Below are positions 8,333 to 14,656 of a stretch of DNA of 40,964 nucleotides, piece by piece. Made by a program: the position numbers and the translations under genes. How positions within the stretch are numbered: position 1 is the first letter of the stretch; each line of letters begins with the position of its first letter. The DNA comes from a virus. The stretch lies in IMG/VR virus record IMGVR_UViG_3300034522_000037, positions 1-40,964 of that record, one strand, 5' to 3'. The notes under the pieces are model-generated. The model did no database searches, was not told the DNA's origin, and saw only the letters and a list, made by a program, of their open reading frames with translations.

Positions 8333-8412
8333 ATAGGGCCAAGGGTGCATGCACCCTGGCCCCATTCTATACGTATAGAATGGGGCGCGGGTGCATGCAC
8401 CCTTGGCCCTAT
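8333..8412. repeat. telRL-like telomere resolution site (80-bp palindrome)
   Basis: The symmetry centre lies between 8372 and 8373. The core ccattctatac|gtatagaatgg is a perfect 22-bp palindrome. The 40-nt arms match at 38/40 positions. Each arm also carries the self-complementary 14-mer gggtgcatgcaccc (8343..8356, 8389..8402). As I recall it, the N15 telO core is CCATTATACGCGCGTATAATGG, which has the same length and the same CCATT...AATGG ends. Confidence 0.85.
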
Positions 8413-8420
8413 TATGTTCT

Positions 8421-8461
8421 AGGGCTTGGGGTGTATGCTGTCGCAGGGCTTGGGGTGTATG
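8421..8461. repeat. Two direct copies of a 17-mer flanking the tel palindrome
   Basis: agggcttggggtgtatg occurs at 8421..8437 and 8445..8461 (24-bp period), with an inverted relative at 8262..8278. In addition, tatacacctatagcc (8291..8305) and tatacacctttagcc (8474..8488) are direct repeats on either side, and the half-core cattctatac recurs at 8244..8253. Confidence 0.7.
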
Positions 8462-8734
8462 GATGCGCACACATATACACCTTTAGCCCTTAATGCTTTA
8501 GGGATAACAAGGCAGGAGAGCGGCGCGCGATTGCTGGCAATGGATAGCAGGAGGCAAGGGGCGACAAGTCGAAAAACTACACGACGGCGGCCATGCACCA
8601 TAAGGACGGCGCGTTGCGCCTGCTTGTTTATGGCGCGGGAAACCCGCGCCGGCTGGGGCTTCCAGATCCTGCAGAAAGGACGGGCCATTGCGGGCGGACA
8701 ATGTCGGCGCTATCGCGCCTGCTGTTTTTTCTCT

Positions 8735-8780
8735 TTTGTACTTTTGGCCCGTTGTACTTTTTCGCCAATGGCCCTATATT
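8735..8780 (+). promoter_or_regulatory. parA promoter with a tandem TTGTAC(N)TTTTsGCC motif pair (candidate centromere/operator)
   Basis: tttgtacttttggcc (8735..8749) and gttgtactttttcgcc (8751..8766). TTGTAC (8752..8757), a 17-nt spacer and TATATT (8775..8780) form a sigma70-like promoter 34 nt upstream of the parA ATG. Confidence 0.6.
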
Positions 8781-8813
8781 GTGACCACACCAACAACCGA
8801 GGAGGGCGCGGCA

Positions 8814-9467
8814 ATGGCTGCAAAGGTGATAGCGGTACTCAACCAGAAGGGCGGCACGTCGAAAACGACCACCGCCACCAACGTGGCCAGCTGCCTGGCC
8901 GTTAAGCATGGAAAGCGGGTGCTACTGGTCGACCTAGACCAGCAAGGCTCTGCAACCGACTGGGCGGCGTCCAGGCCAGAGGCCGAGGGCGACGCGGGCC
9001 TGATCCCTACCGTATCCATGGGCAAGGCCCTGGCGCGCGACCTGCCGCGCGTTGCGGGTGGCTATGACTACGTCGTCGTCGACGGCGTGCCGCAAATCAG
9101 CGAGCTGACTGCCGCGGCCATCCGGGCGGCCGACGCGGTACTGATCCCGGTGCAGCCGAGCCAGTACGACATATGGGCGTGCGGCGACCTGGTGCAGCTG
9201 GTGAAAGACCGCCAGGAGATCGCCGACGGCAAGCCGGTGGCGGCGATGATGATCGCGCGGGCAATCCCGGGCACCGTGCTCGAGCGCGACGTGCGCGGCA
9301 TCCTCGAGGCCTACGACCTGCCAATACTGAGCAGCCAGACCTGCCAGCGGCAGTCCTACGCTAGCGGCATCGAGAAGGGCCGCAGCGTCATGGATCTGCC
9401 AGACGACAACAAGGCGCGCCTCGAGATCGAAGCGCTGACCGCCGAACTATTGGAGCTGACCCAATGA
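8814..9467 (+). CDS. parA: ParA/Soj-family partition ATPase (small, type Ib-like)
   Basis: 217 aa from ATG 8814 (aggagg 8 nt upstream; the ORF-track start 8688 reads through the promoter). It has the deviant Walker A VLNQKGGTSKTTTATN, then LLVDLDQQGSAT and YDYVVVDG. Confidence 0.85.
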   Translation: MAAKVIAVLNQKGGTSKTTTATNVASCLAVKHGKRVLLVDLDQQGSATDWAASRPEAEGDAGLIPTVSMGKALARDLPRVAGGYDYVVVDGVPQISELTAAAIRAADAVLIPVQPSQYDIWACGDLVQLVKDRQEIADGKPVAAMMIARAIPGTVLERDVRGILEAYDLPILSSQTCQRQSYASGIEKGRSVMDLPDDNKARLEIEALTAELLELTQ

Positions 9468-9778
9468 GCACCACCGCAAGTAAGCCGACCATCGAGCGGC
9501 CCGGGCGAGCGCAGCCGCTGGCCGAGGAGCACGTCGAGAAGGCCCGCAAGGCCGTAGTGGCCGACAGCGACGAGAAACAGCTCAAGGTGCTGGCCGCGCC
9601 CAAGTACCACCGGGGCATGGCCGAGCTAAAGAACATGACCACCGACAGCGTGCCGGTTAAGCACCTGCTGCTCGAGGCCATCGAGGATCTGTTCGAGAAG
9701 TACGGGCGGGGCGAGGGGCGGTTCAAGGTTGACGACGTGCCAGAACTGCGCCGCCGGCTTGAATCGCTGATGAAGTGA
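9464..9778 (+). CDS. Small partition adaptor / centromere-binding protein (ParG-like, possible RHH)
   Basis: 104 aa. Its start overlaps the parA stop (ATGA). Size and position fit the small ParB/ParG partner of short ParA proteins. A basic N-terminal tail is followed by KQLKVLAAPKYHRGMAEL (possible beta-strand plus helix). Assignment is by context. Confidence 0.5.
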   Translation: MSTTASKPTIERPGRAQPLAEEHVEKARKAVVADSDEKQLKVLAAPKYHRGMAELKNMTTDSVPVKHLLLEAIEDLFEKYGRGEGRFKVDDVPELRRRLESLMK

Positions 9779-9846
9779 AGAAACAGCCCGGCAGCGGGGG
9801 CAACCGCTAACCGGGCCAGACACATAGACCTTAGAGGGTTCCGAAT

Positions 9847-9996
9847 ATGTCCGCACGCGACTATACCACCGCGGCAAGCCTGCCGCTGCACCTGGCGCGA
9901 GATCCGCGCTATCGCGACCTGGTGCGCCAATTCGCCGAGCAACAGTGCCTGACGGCCTGGCACGGCATCCTGCGCATGATCGGGGAGGCCGCCTGA
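9847..9996 (+). CDS. Hypothetical small protein (49 aa, below the ORF-track cutoff)
   Basis: ATG at 9847 lies 8 nt after gaggg. It reads MSARDYTTAASLPLHLARDPRYRDLVRQFAEQQCLTAWHGILRMIGEAA. Its TGA overlaps the next start (TGATG at 9994..9998), suggesting translational coupling. Confidence 0.45.
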   Translation: MSARDYTTAASLPLHLARDPRYRDLVRQFAEQQCLTAWHGILRMIGEAA

Positions 9997-10283
9997 TGAG
10001 CATCACAGAGAACGTATCCAGCGCCATCGAGCCCGAGGATCTGCACCGCGTCCGCGCCATCGCCGCGGCCATCCTCGAGCACCAAGGCTTCCAGGCGTGC
10101 GAGCTGCTCGACCTGGTGATCACCGAGGAGGCACCGGCCGACACAATCACCCCGCGCCGGGCGCGCGCCGAAAGCGCCGTGCAACTGGCCGCCGTGATCG
10201 TCAACTACCTTCGCCAGGAGTTCGAGATCCCAGGCGTCGACCACGAGCTCCTGCGCGCACTGCAGCGGGAGGCCAACCTATGA
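9996..10283 (+). CDS. Hypothetical acidic protein
   Basis: 95 aa from ATG 9996 (MSITENV...; gggagg upstream). The ORF-track start at 9945 is less likely. The stop overlaps the next start (ATGA). Confidence 0.5.
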   Translation: MSITENVSSAIEPEDLHRVRAIAAAILEHQGFQACELLDLVITEEAPADTITPRRARAESAVQLAAVIVNYLRQEFEIPGVDHELLRALQREANL

Positions 10284-10438
10284 GCCGCAACGCATCCAGC
10301 CCCGCCGAGCAGCTTTTCGGCCTGATTTTCGCCGGCCTGGCCGCCCTGGTAGCCGCCGCCGTATTTATCCGCCGCATCTACACCATGCGCCTCGAAGAGG
10401 CCGCCAACGATCACCAGCAAGGGAGCGATAACGAATGA
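10280..10438 (+). CDS. Small single-pass membrane protein
   Basis: 52 aa (MSRNASSPAEQLFGLIFAGLAALVAAAVFIRRIY...) with one hydrophobic helix. It has ATGA overlaps with both neighbours. The ORF-track start 10097 gives an Arg/Pro-rich, non-protein-like extension. Confidence 0.5.
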   Translation: MSRNASSPAEQLFGLIFAGLAALVAAAVFIRRIYTMRLEEAANDHQQGSDNE

Positions 10439-10989
10439 AAACCCCAGCAGCACGCGCCGCACAGTGGCTCGAGCACAACGCCCTGATCCTAGACACCGAA
10501 ACCACCGGCCTTGATGGCGATGCCGAGGTGATCGAGCTGGCCGTCATCGACTGCACAGGGCAGGCACTAATCGACACGCTGGTACGCCCGGCGCGCCCTA
10601 TTCCAGCTGACGCGACAGCTATTCACGGCATCACCGACCAGATGGTGGCCACAGCGCCAAGCTGGTCGGATGTTCGCGGCCAGCTGCTCGAGCTGATCGC
10701 CTCGGGGCGGCACCTGGTGATCTATAACGCCGGATACGACCTGCGCCTGATCCGCCAGAGCGACGCCATGCACGGCCTCGAGACCCCAGCCATGGCCGCG
10801 CACTGCGCCATGCTCACCTACGCCGAACACTGGGGCGAACTTGACCGACGCGGCACCGGATACCGCTGGCAGCGCCTTGGTAATGCCGCAGCACAGCAGG
10901 GCGTCGAGATCCAAGGCACCGCCCACCGCGCCCTAGCCGACTGCCTGACAACGCTCGGCATCCTGCGCGCGATGGCGAAAGCCGCGTAG
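10435..10989 (+). CDS. DnaQ-like DEDDh 3'-5' exonuclease
   Basis: 184 aa. Exo motifs are present: LILDTETTGL (I), LVIYNAGYDLRL (II), HRALADCLTT (III, His type). Confidence 0.75.
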   Translation: MKTPAARAAQWLEHNALILDTETTGLDGDAEVIELAVIDCTGQALIDTLVRPARPIPADATAIHGITDQMVATAPSWSDVRGQLLELIASGRHLVIYNAGYDLRLIRQSDAMHGLETPAMAAHCAMLTYAEHWGELDRRGTGYRWQRLGNAAAQQGVEIQGTAHRALADCLTTLGILRAMAKAA

Positions 10990-11007
10990 CCATGTAGCCC
11001 CATCCAC

Positions 11008-11034
11008 AAGCCCGCCCACTCGGCGGGCTTTTTG
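11008..11034 (+). terminator. Rho-independent terminator after the exonuclease gene
   Basis: aagcccgcc-cactc-ggcgggctt followed by tttg: a 9-bp stem plus T-run. Confidence 0.75.
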
Positions 11035-11073
11035 TTACCCTGCGCACCTGCCAACAAGGGAGAAGCGCACGGC

Positions 11074-11478
11074 ATGAAGAAAAGCACCAAGATCGTCCTG
11101 GCCATTGGAGCCGTAGGCCTGCTGTTAGCCGGCTATCAGGACGTAAAAAACCGAGAAACCAACGGGCTGCGCCGTGCGCACCTAACCGCCTGGCCAGACC
11201 GCACGGTAAGCTGTGAGCACATGAAGGACAACGGCGAGACCTGGGCGCTGTGCCGCTTCTGGCGCGCCGCCCCGAGCGTCTGGCTCAAGCGCGGCGACGC
11301 CTGGGCCGCCGCCGACGGCAATGCACAGATGGTAATCAGCCACCTCGAAAACACGGACACGACAGGGCGAGAACTGCCGCGACTGTACGTCGACCGAAAG
11401 ACGCCGGTTTATATGACAAAGCCCGTTATGGCCCGATTCGAGGCCGTGAAGGACGAGATCCGCGACGAAAGGCGCTAA
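11074..11478 (+). CDS. Secreted or membrane-anchored protein of unknown function (moron-like)
   Basis: 134 aa from ATG 11074. MKKSTKIVLAIGAVGLLLAGY is signal-peptide/anchor-like. The gene is bracketed by two hairpin terminators. Confidence 0.55.
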   Translation: MKKSTKIVLAIGAVGLLLAGYQDVKNRETNGLRRAHLTAWPDRTVSCEHMKDNGETWALCRFWRAAPSVWLKRGDAWAAADGNAQMVISHLENTDTTGRELPRLYVDRKTPVYMTKPVMARFEAVKDEIRDERR

Positions 11479-11522
11479 CAGCAGCACGGCGTAATTTTGC
11501 GCCCTGCGTCTCCAGAAACGAA

Positions 11523-11558
11523 GAAAGCCCCCACCGCCGCAAGGCAGTGGGGGCTTTC
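11523..11558. terminator. Bidirectional hairpin terminator between convergent genes
   Basis: gaaagcccccac-cgccgcaaggca-gtgggggctttc is a perfect 12-bp stem. It lies between the plus-strand gene ending at 11478 and the minus-strand gene ending at 11570. Confidence 0.7.
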
Positions 11559-11569
11559 TCGTTATGGCG

Positions 11570-12454
11570 TCAGTGCGTTTTGTTGGCGCGCGGCAGCATC
11601 GGGTGATGCTCCTCGACAGACATTGCCGCAAGGTAAATCGGCTCAGCAGCAGCCGCCACGGCGCTGACCAGCTCGTTACTGGCCGTCGCAATGCGCTGGA
11701 AGTGCTCGCCACCCTCCCGCGCCGTGCGCGCCAGGCGCAGATAGCGCTCGCGGTCTACCTCCATCATCTGAGGCGGCACGTAGTACTGCACCGCCGCCAG
11801 GCCGAGCTTTGACGCAAGCCGAACGGTTGACCGGCGGGCGATCGCCTCCCAGGCCAGCGGTGTGAACAGCGCGCGCTGCTCGCCTCGGTCGTCACGGAAA
11901 AGCCAGACGCTGCCGGCCGGAAACTCTCGCTCGTAGCGATGATAAAGACTCAGCGTCGAGTTGCGCAGGCGGTAGCCGACCAGCACGTCGATCTCCTGAT
12001 CGCTCAGCCACAGATTGCCGGCCGTATCCCACTCGGCACCCACCACGCCCTTGCCGAAGTCCAGTTCGACTACGCGCCCGGTGAACTCCGCGCCCACCTC
12101 GGCGTTGTATTGCTCGGACTGCTGGCGCAGCAACTCGGCCTCCATGCGGTTGAAGGCGGCGATGTAAGCCTCTTTCCAGCGCGCAGCCTCTTTGCCGGTG
12201 AAACCCATGCACAGAAAGGTGAAGCCGTCGCGCGTCATGCGAAAGAACGGCTCCGGCTTGTTGTTTGAGCCGCGCCGGGAACACTCCGCAAAATTGCGGA
12301 GTGTGAATTCTGGCGAGCAATCTAGGCTCCTGATGCGCTTTAGAACGTCATCGTGGCGCTTGCCAAATACCTCGGCGACAACCAATGAAGTTGTAGTCGG
12401 GCGACCATCCTCCATGGTTACGGCGGACGAGTCCAAGACGTGTTGGTCGGTCAT
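11570..12454 (-). CDS. Rha-family phage regulatory protein / putative antirepressor
   Basis: 294 aa. The N-terminal SLVVAEVFGKRHDDVLKRIRSL ... FFRMTRDGFTFLCMGFTGKEAARWKEAYIAAFNRME matches the remembered Phage_pRha (Ant/Rha) signature. The C-terminal half is unassigned. Confidence 0.7.
   Translation of the reverse strand: MTDQHVLDSSAVTMEDGRPTTTSLVVAEVFGKRHDDVLKRIRSLDCSPEFTLRNFAECSRRGSNNKPEPFFRMTRDGFTFLCMGFTGKEAARWKEAYIAAFNRMEAELLRQQSEQYNAEVGAEFTGRVVELDFGKGVVGAEWDTAGNLWLSDQEIDVLVGYRLRNSTLSLYHRYEREFPAGSVWLFRDDRGEQRALFTPLAWEAIARRSTVRLASKLGLAAVQYYVPPQMMEVDRERYLRLARTAREGGEHFQRIATASNELVSAVAAAAEPIYLAAMSVEEHHPMLPRANKTH
12281..12304. repeat. 24-bp palindrome inside the rha-like gene
   Basis: acactccgcaa-aa-ttgcggagtgt has perfect 11-bp arms. 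Its central 18-mer ctccgcaaaattgcggag recurs (17/18) at 12795..12812. Confidence 0.8.
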
Positions 12455-12651
12455 TCTTCTTGCTCCCTGGCTGCGATCAGCAGCCGATTAATTACCTTCG
12501 GCGCGGACTCTCCGCGCTGCTCAAAAAAAGCCAGGGCGGCGGCCGCCTCTGGCACAAGTCGGATAGCGGAAAGCTTTCTCCCCCCTTTTTCCAGCAGGCG
12601 CGCCTCGTACTCCTCGACACGCTGCGTCACGCTTTTCGGTTTCTTTTCCAT
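12451..12651 (-). CDS. Small regulator upstream of the antirepressor (Arc/Mnt-like RHH candidate)
   Basis: 66 aa with a strong SD (gagggagggg). It overlaps the rha-like start by 4 nt. KLSAIRLVPEAAAALAFFEQRGESAPKVINRLL is compatible with a ribbon-helix-helix fold. The assignment rests mainly on size and context. Confidence 0.45.
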   Translation of the reverse strand: MEKKPKSVTQRVEEYEARLLEKGGRKLSAIRLVPEAAAALAFFEQRGESAPKVINRLLIAAREQEE

Positions 12652-12725
12652 CCCCTCCCTCTCGCGTTGTGATGCAACGTCCGCAGATTATCGCGCGTTG
12701 TGTTACAACGCAACAAATTTCAGGC
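12652..12725 (-). promoter_or_regulatory. Promoter of the RHH/antirepressor operon with two palindromic operators
   Basis: Two palindromes: cgttgtgatgcaacg (12665..12679) and cgttgtgttacaacg (12696..12710), centres 31 bp apart. On the minus strand TTGTTG-18 nt-GATAAT brackets the second palindrome, and the first lies between the -10 and the SD. Confidence 0.55.
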
Positions 12726-12727
12726 AC

Positions 12728-12760
12728 AAAAAAGGCCCCACCGCCGCGAGGCGATGGGGC
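12728..12760 (-). terminator. Rho-independent terminator ending the late (tail) operon
   Basis: Minus strand: gccccatcgcc-tcgc-ggcggtggggc (11-bp stem, one mismatch) followed by cttttttg. Confidence 0.7.
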
Positions 12761-12788
12761 AGGAACATCTGCGCAATTTTGCGCGCAT

Positions 12789-12818
12789 GATCATCTCCCC
12801 AAAATTGCGGAGATGATC
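12789..12818. repeat. 30-nt hairpin directly after the gpD-like stop
   Basis: gatcatctcc-ccaaaattgc-ggagatgatc has perfect 10-bp arms. It contains ctccccaaaattgcggag, which is 17/18 identical to the core of the palindrome at 12281..12304. Confidence 0.8.
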
Positions 12819-12821
12819 GAA

Positions 12822-13841
12822 TCACTCTTGGCGTCCGTCTGGATAGGTCGCCTCGAGGGTGCAGCGGTAGCTTTGCTGGCGCGATCCGCTGGCGGTCACC
12901 TTGTCGATTGACCAGGTACCGCGCATGAAACTGGGCCAGCTGTCATCGAGCTCGAGCAGCCCCTCGGCGCTTAGCGCCGGATTCCCTGGGCAATCAATCC
13001 GCAGCTTTGCCGCCTCGCGCTGCGTCTTGCGCTGCTCGCCCTCGGCCGCGGCCTTCGCCTCGGCTTCGTTCTGGTAACGCTGGCGCACCGTCTTGAACGG
13101 CCCCTCGCCCACTTCCACCACGCATTCCTTGCCGGCGCTGCCGTCCCACCAGGTGGTCTTGCAGCCCTTGAAGCGCACGCGGCTGTCCTGGTCGATGCTC
13201 GCCGCAATAAAGGCGCGCTCGCCCGGGCGGTTGTCCTTGGTCACCGACAGCGTCACCGGCGGCAGGGTCTTGCCGCTCAGCGTCTTGACCTGGCCCCGAC
13301 GGGCCAACACGTAGAGGTCATTGACCGGCTTTGTCACCGCGTCATAGCGGCGCGCGAGCCGGGTCAGAAAGCCCATGTCCGTTTCGTTCGACTGGTCGAT
13401 GTGGGCGATTGGTATCGCGTCCAGCTCGGGGGCCACGCGCGGCGAGAAGCCGTGCTTGGTGGTCAGCTGGCGGAATACCTGGCCGAGCGTGGTCATGGCG
13501 TAGCTTGCCGAGCGCCGGGCCTTGAAGCCGGTCTCGTCCTTTACCTTGAAGGGGGCCGCGGTGGCCACGATCAGCAGCAGGGCCGGGAACAGTTGGGGCG
13601 TGGTGCGCGTGACGACAAACTCGCCCTTATCCACCAGCCCCGTTTCCTTGTAACCGACCCGCAGCCCCACCTTGCCGTCGACGCTGGGCAAGCCGTCGAG
13701 GCCCTCGATGTTCACCGTTAGCTTGAGGGTGTCCGATTCGACGCCCGCGGCGTCGACGTGCTCCCAGTCAACCAGGCGCGCATTGATCAGGGCGGCGTTG
13801 CTGCCGTAGATCTCAACCGCGGGCGTGTACCCTATCGACAT
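12822..13841 (-). CDS. P2 gpD-like tail protein (late control D / VgrG-Pvc8-related)
   Basis: 339 aa, the last gene of the tail module after the U and X homologues. The N-terminal YTPAVEIYGSNAALINARLVDWEHVDAAGVESDTLKLTV pattern is typical of the gpD family. Confidence 0.7.
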   Translation of the reverse strand: MSIGYTPAVEIYGSNAALINARLVDWEHVDAAGVESDTLKLTVNIEGLDGLPSVDGKVGLRVGYKETGLVDKGEFVVTRTTPQLFPALLLIVATAAPFKVKDETGFKARRSASYAMTTLGQVFRQLTTKHGFSPRVAPELDAIPIAHIDQSNETDMGFLTRLARRYDAVTKPVNDLYVLARRGQVKTLSGKTLPPVTLSVTKDNRPGERAFIAASIDQDSRVRFKGCKTTWWDGSAGKECVVEVGEGPFKTVRQRYQNEAEAKAAAEGEQRKTQREAAKLRIDCPGNPALSAEGLLELDDSWPSFMRGTWSIDKVTASGSRQQSYRCTLEATYPDGRQE

Positions 13842-14059
13842 AGCGCACCACCACAGCGGCAGCGGGGCACCTCCTGATAGCGCCCAGTCGAAAGCGCCAT
13901 TACCAGCCCCTCGACCAACTCCTCGGGCGACGCACTTGCCAGCGCCTGCCGCCAGAACTGGCGCGCACGCACGGCGTCAATGTCGCGACGGATCTGCATT
14001 CCGATGATGCTCTCGAGGTCAGCAGAGCTCAGCGGCGGGAATGACTTTTCTTCTGACAT
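13832..14059 (-). CDS. Hypothetical small protein
   Basis: 75 aa from ATG 14059 (MSEEKSFPPL...; ggggga upstream). It overlaps the gpD-like start by 10 nt. The ORF-track start 14188 would overlap the gpX-like gene. Confidence 0.4.
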   Translation of the reverse strand: MSEEKSFPPLSSADLESIIGMQIRRDIDAVRARQFWRQALASASPEELVEGLVMALSTGRYQEVPRCRCGGALCR

Positions 14060-14067
14060 AAATCCCC

Positions 14068-14280
14068 CTAATCCCACGCGGTAAGCGGTGCAGCCTGGGC
14101 CGGCTTGCTGGCCAGCTCGGGCAGGTTCACCCATAAGCCAGCCGGCAGGGCCGGGCCATACTCGGCCAGGCCAGGGTTGACCAACCACAAGGCCTCCTCG
14201 GCCTCGTCGTCAGATCGCCCCAGCTCGCGAAAGAGCAGCACGTTTGCCGTATCACCGGCGATGGTTCTAACCCGTCGCAT
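14068..14280 (-). CDS. P2 gpX-like tail protein
   Basis: 70 aa from ATG 14280 (aggag 7 nt upstream). MRRVRTIAGDTANVLLFRELGRSDDEAEEALWLVNPGLAEYGPALPAGLWVNLPE matches the remembered Phage_tail_X / LysM-like pattern. Confidence 0.65.
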   Translation of the reverse strand: MRRVRTIAGDTANVLLFRELGRSDDEAEEALWLVNPGLAEYGPALPAGLWVNLPELASKPAQAAPLTAWD

Positions 14281-14656
14281 TGACGAACTCCTGCAGCTCA
14301 AGCGTCCACGACAACAGCGTCGCGGTACCGTCGTCGATCACGCGCTCCTGGTCTTCGCTCACGGCGTCGATTCGCCAGCGCCCCCACACCCGGCCGACGC
14401 CGTCGACCAGGGTGTAGGGCTGGCGCGCGTCGGCCATGGCGCGCAGCTCGTCGAGCTTGGCCATGCCGGCCGCCAGCTGGGCCTTGCCGCTCAGCCGCAG
14501 CGACTCCAGGCCCTGGCCGGTGTTGTGCGACATCGGCTTGCTGCTGATGATGTCCAGGTCTACCCAGCCGCCCGTGGTCTTGCGCGCGAGGCGCTCATAC
14601 GGGAAGCCAGAGGCGAGGCCGAACACGAACTCGCCCAGGGCCATCTGCTGTCGCAT
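14267..14656 (-). CDS. P2 gpU-like tail protein
   Basis: 129 aa. MALGEFVFGL...YERLARKTTGGWVDLDII...LRLSGKAQLAAG...LDELRAMADARQPYTLVDG.GRVWGRWRI is the classic gpU pattern. It follows the tape measure gene. Confidence 0.75.
   Translation of the reverse strand: MRQQMALGEFVFGLASGFPYERLARKTTGGWVDLDIISSKPMSHNTGQGLESLRLSGKAQLAAGMAKLDELRAMADARQPYTLVDGVGRVWGRWRIDAVSEDQERVIDDGTATLLSWTLELQEFVNATG

Noticed and set aside
8421-8461. Tandem 17-mers near the palindrome as a mini CRISPR array.
   Set aside because: There are only two copies with a 7-nt spacer, no cas genes, and an inverted copy across the tel palindrome. They fit protein-binding repeats of the telomere region.
8426-8905. 159-aa plus-strand ORF, and others, between the tel site and parA.
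   Set aside because: It reads through the tel-flanking repeats, the parA promoter and the parA start in a different frame. The sequence is not protein-like. The region is treated as non-coding regulatory DNA.
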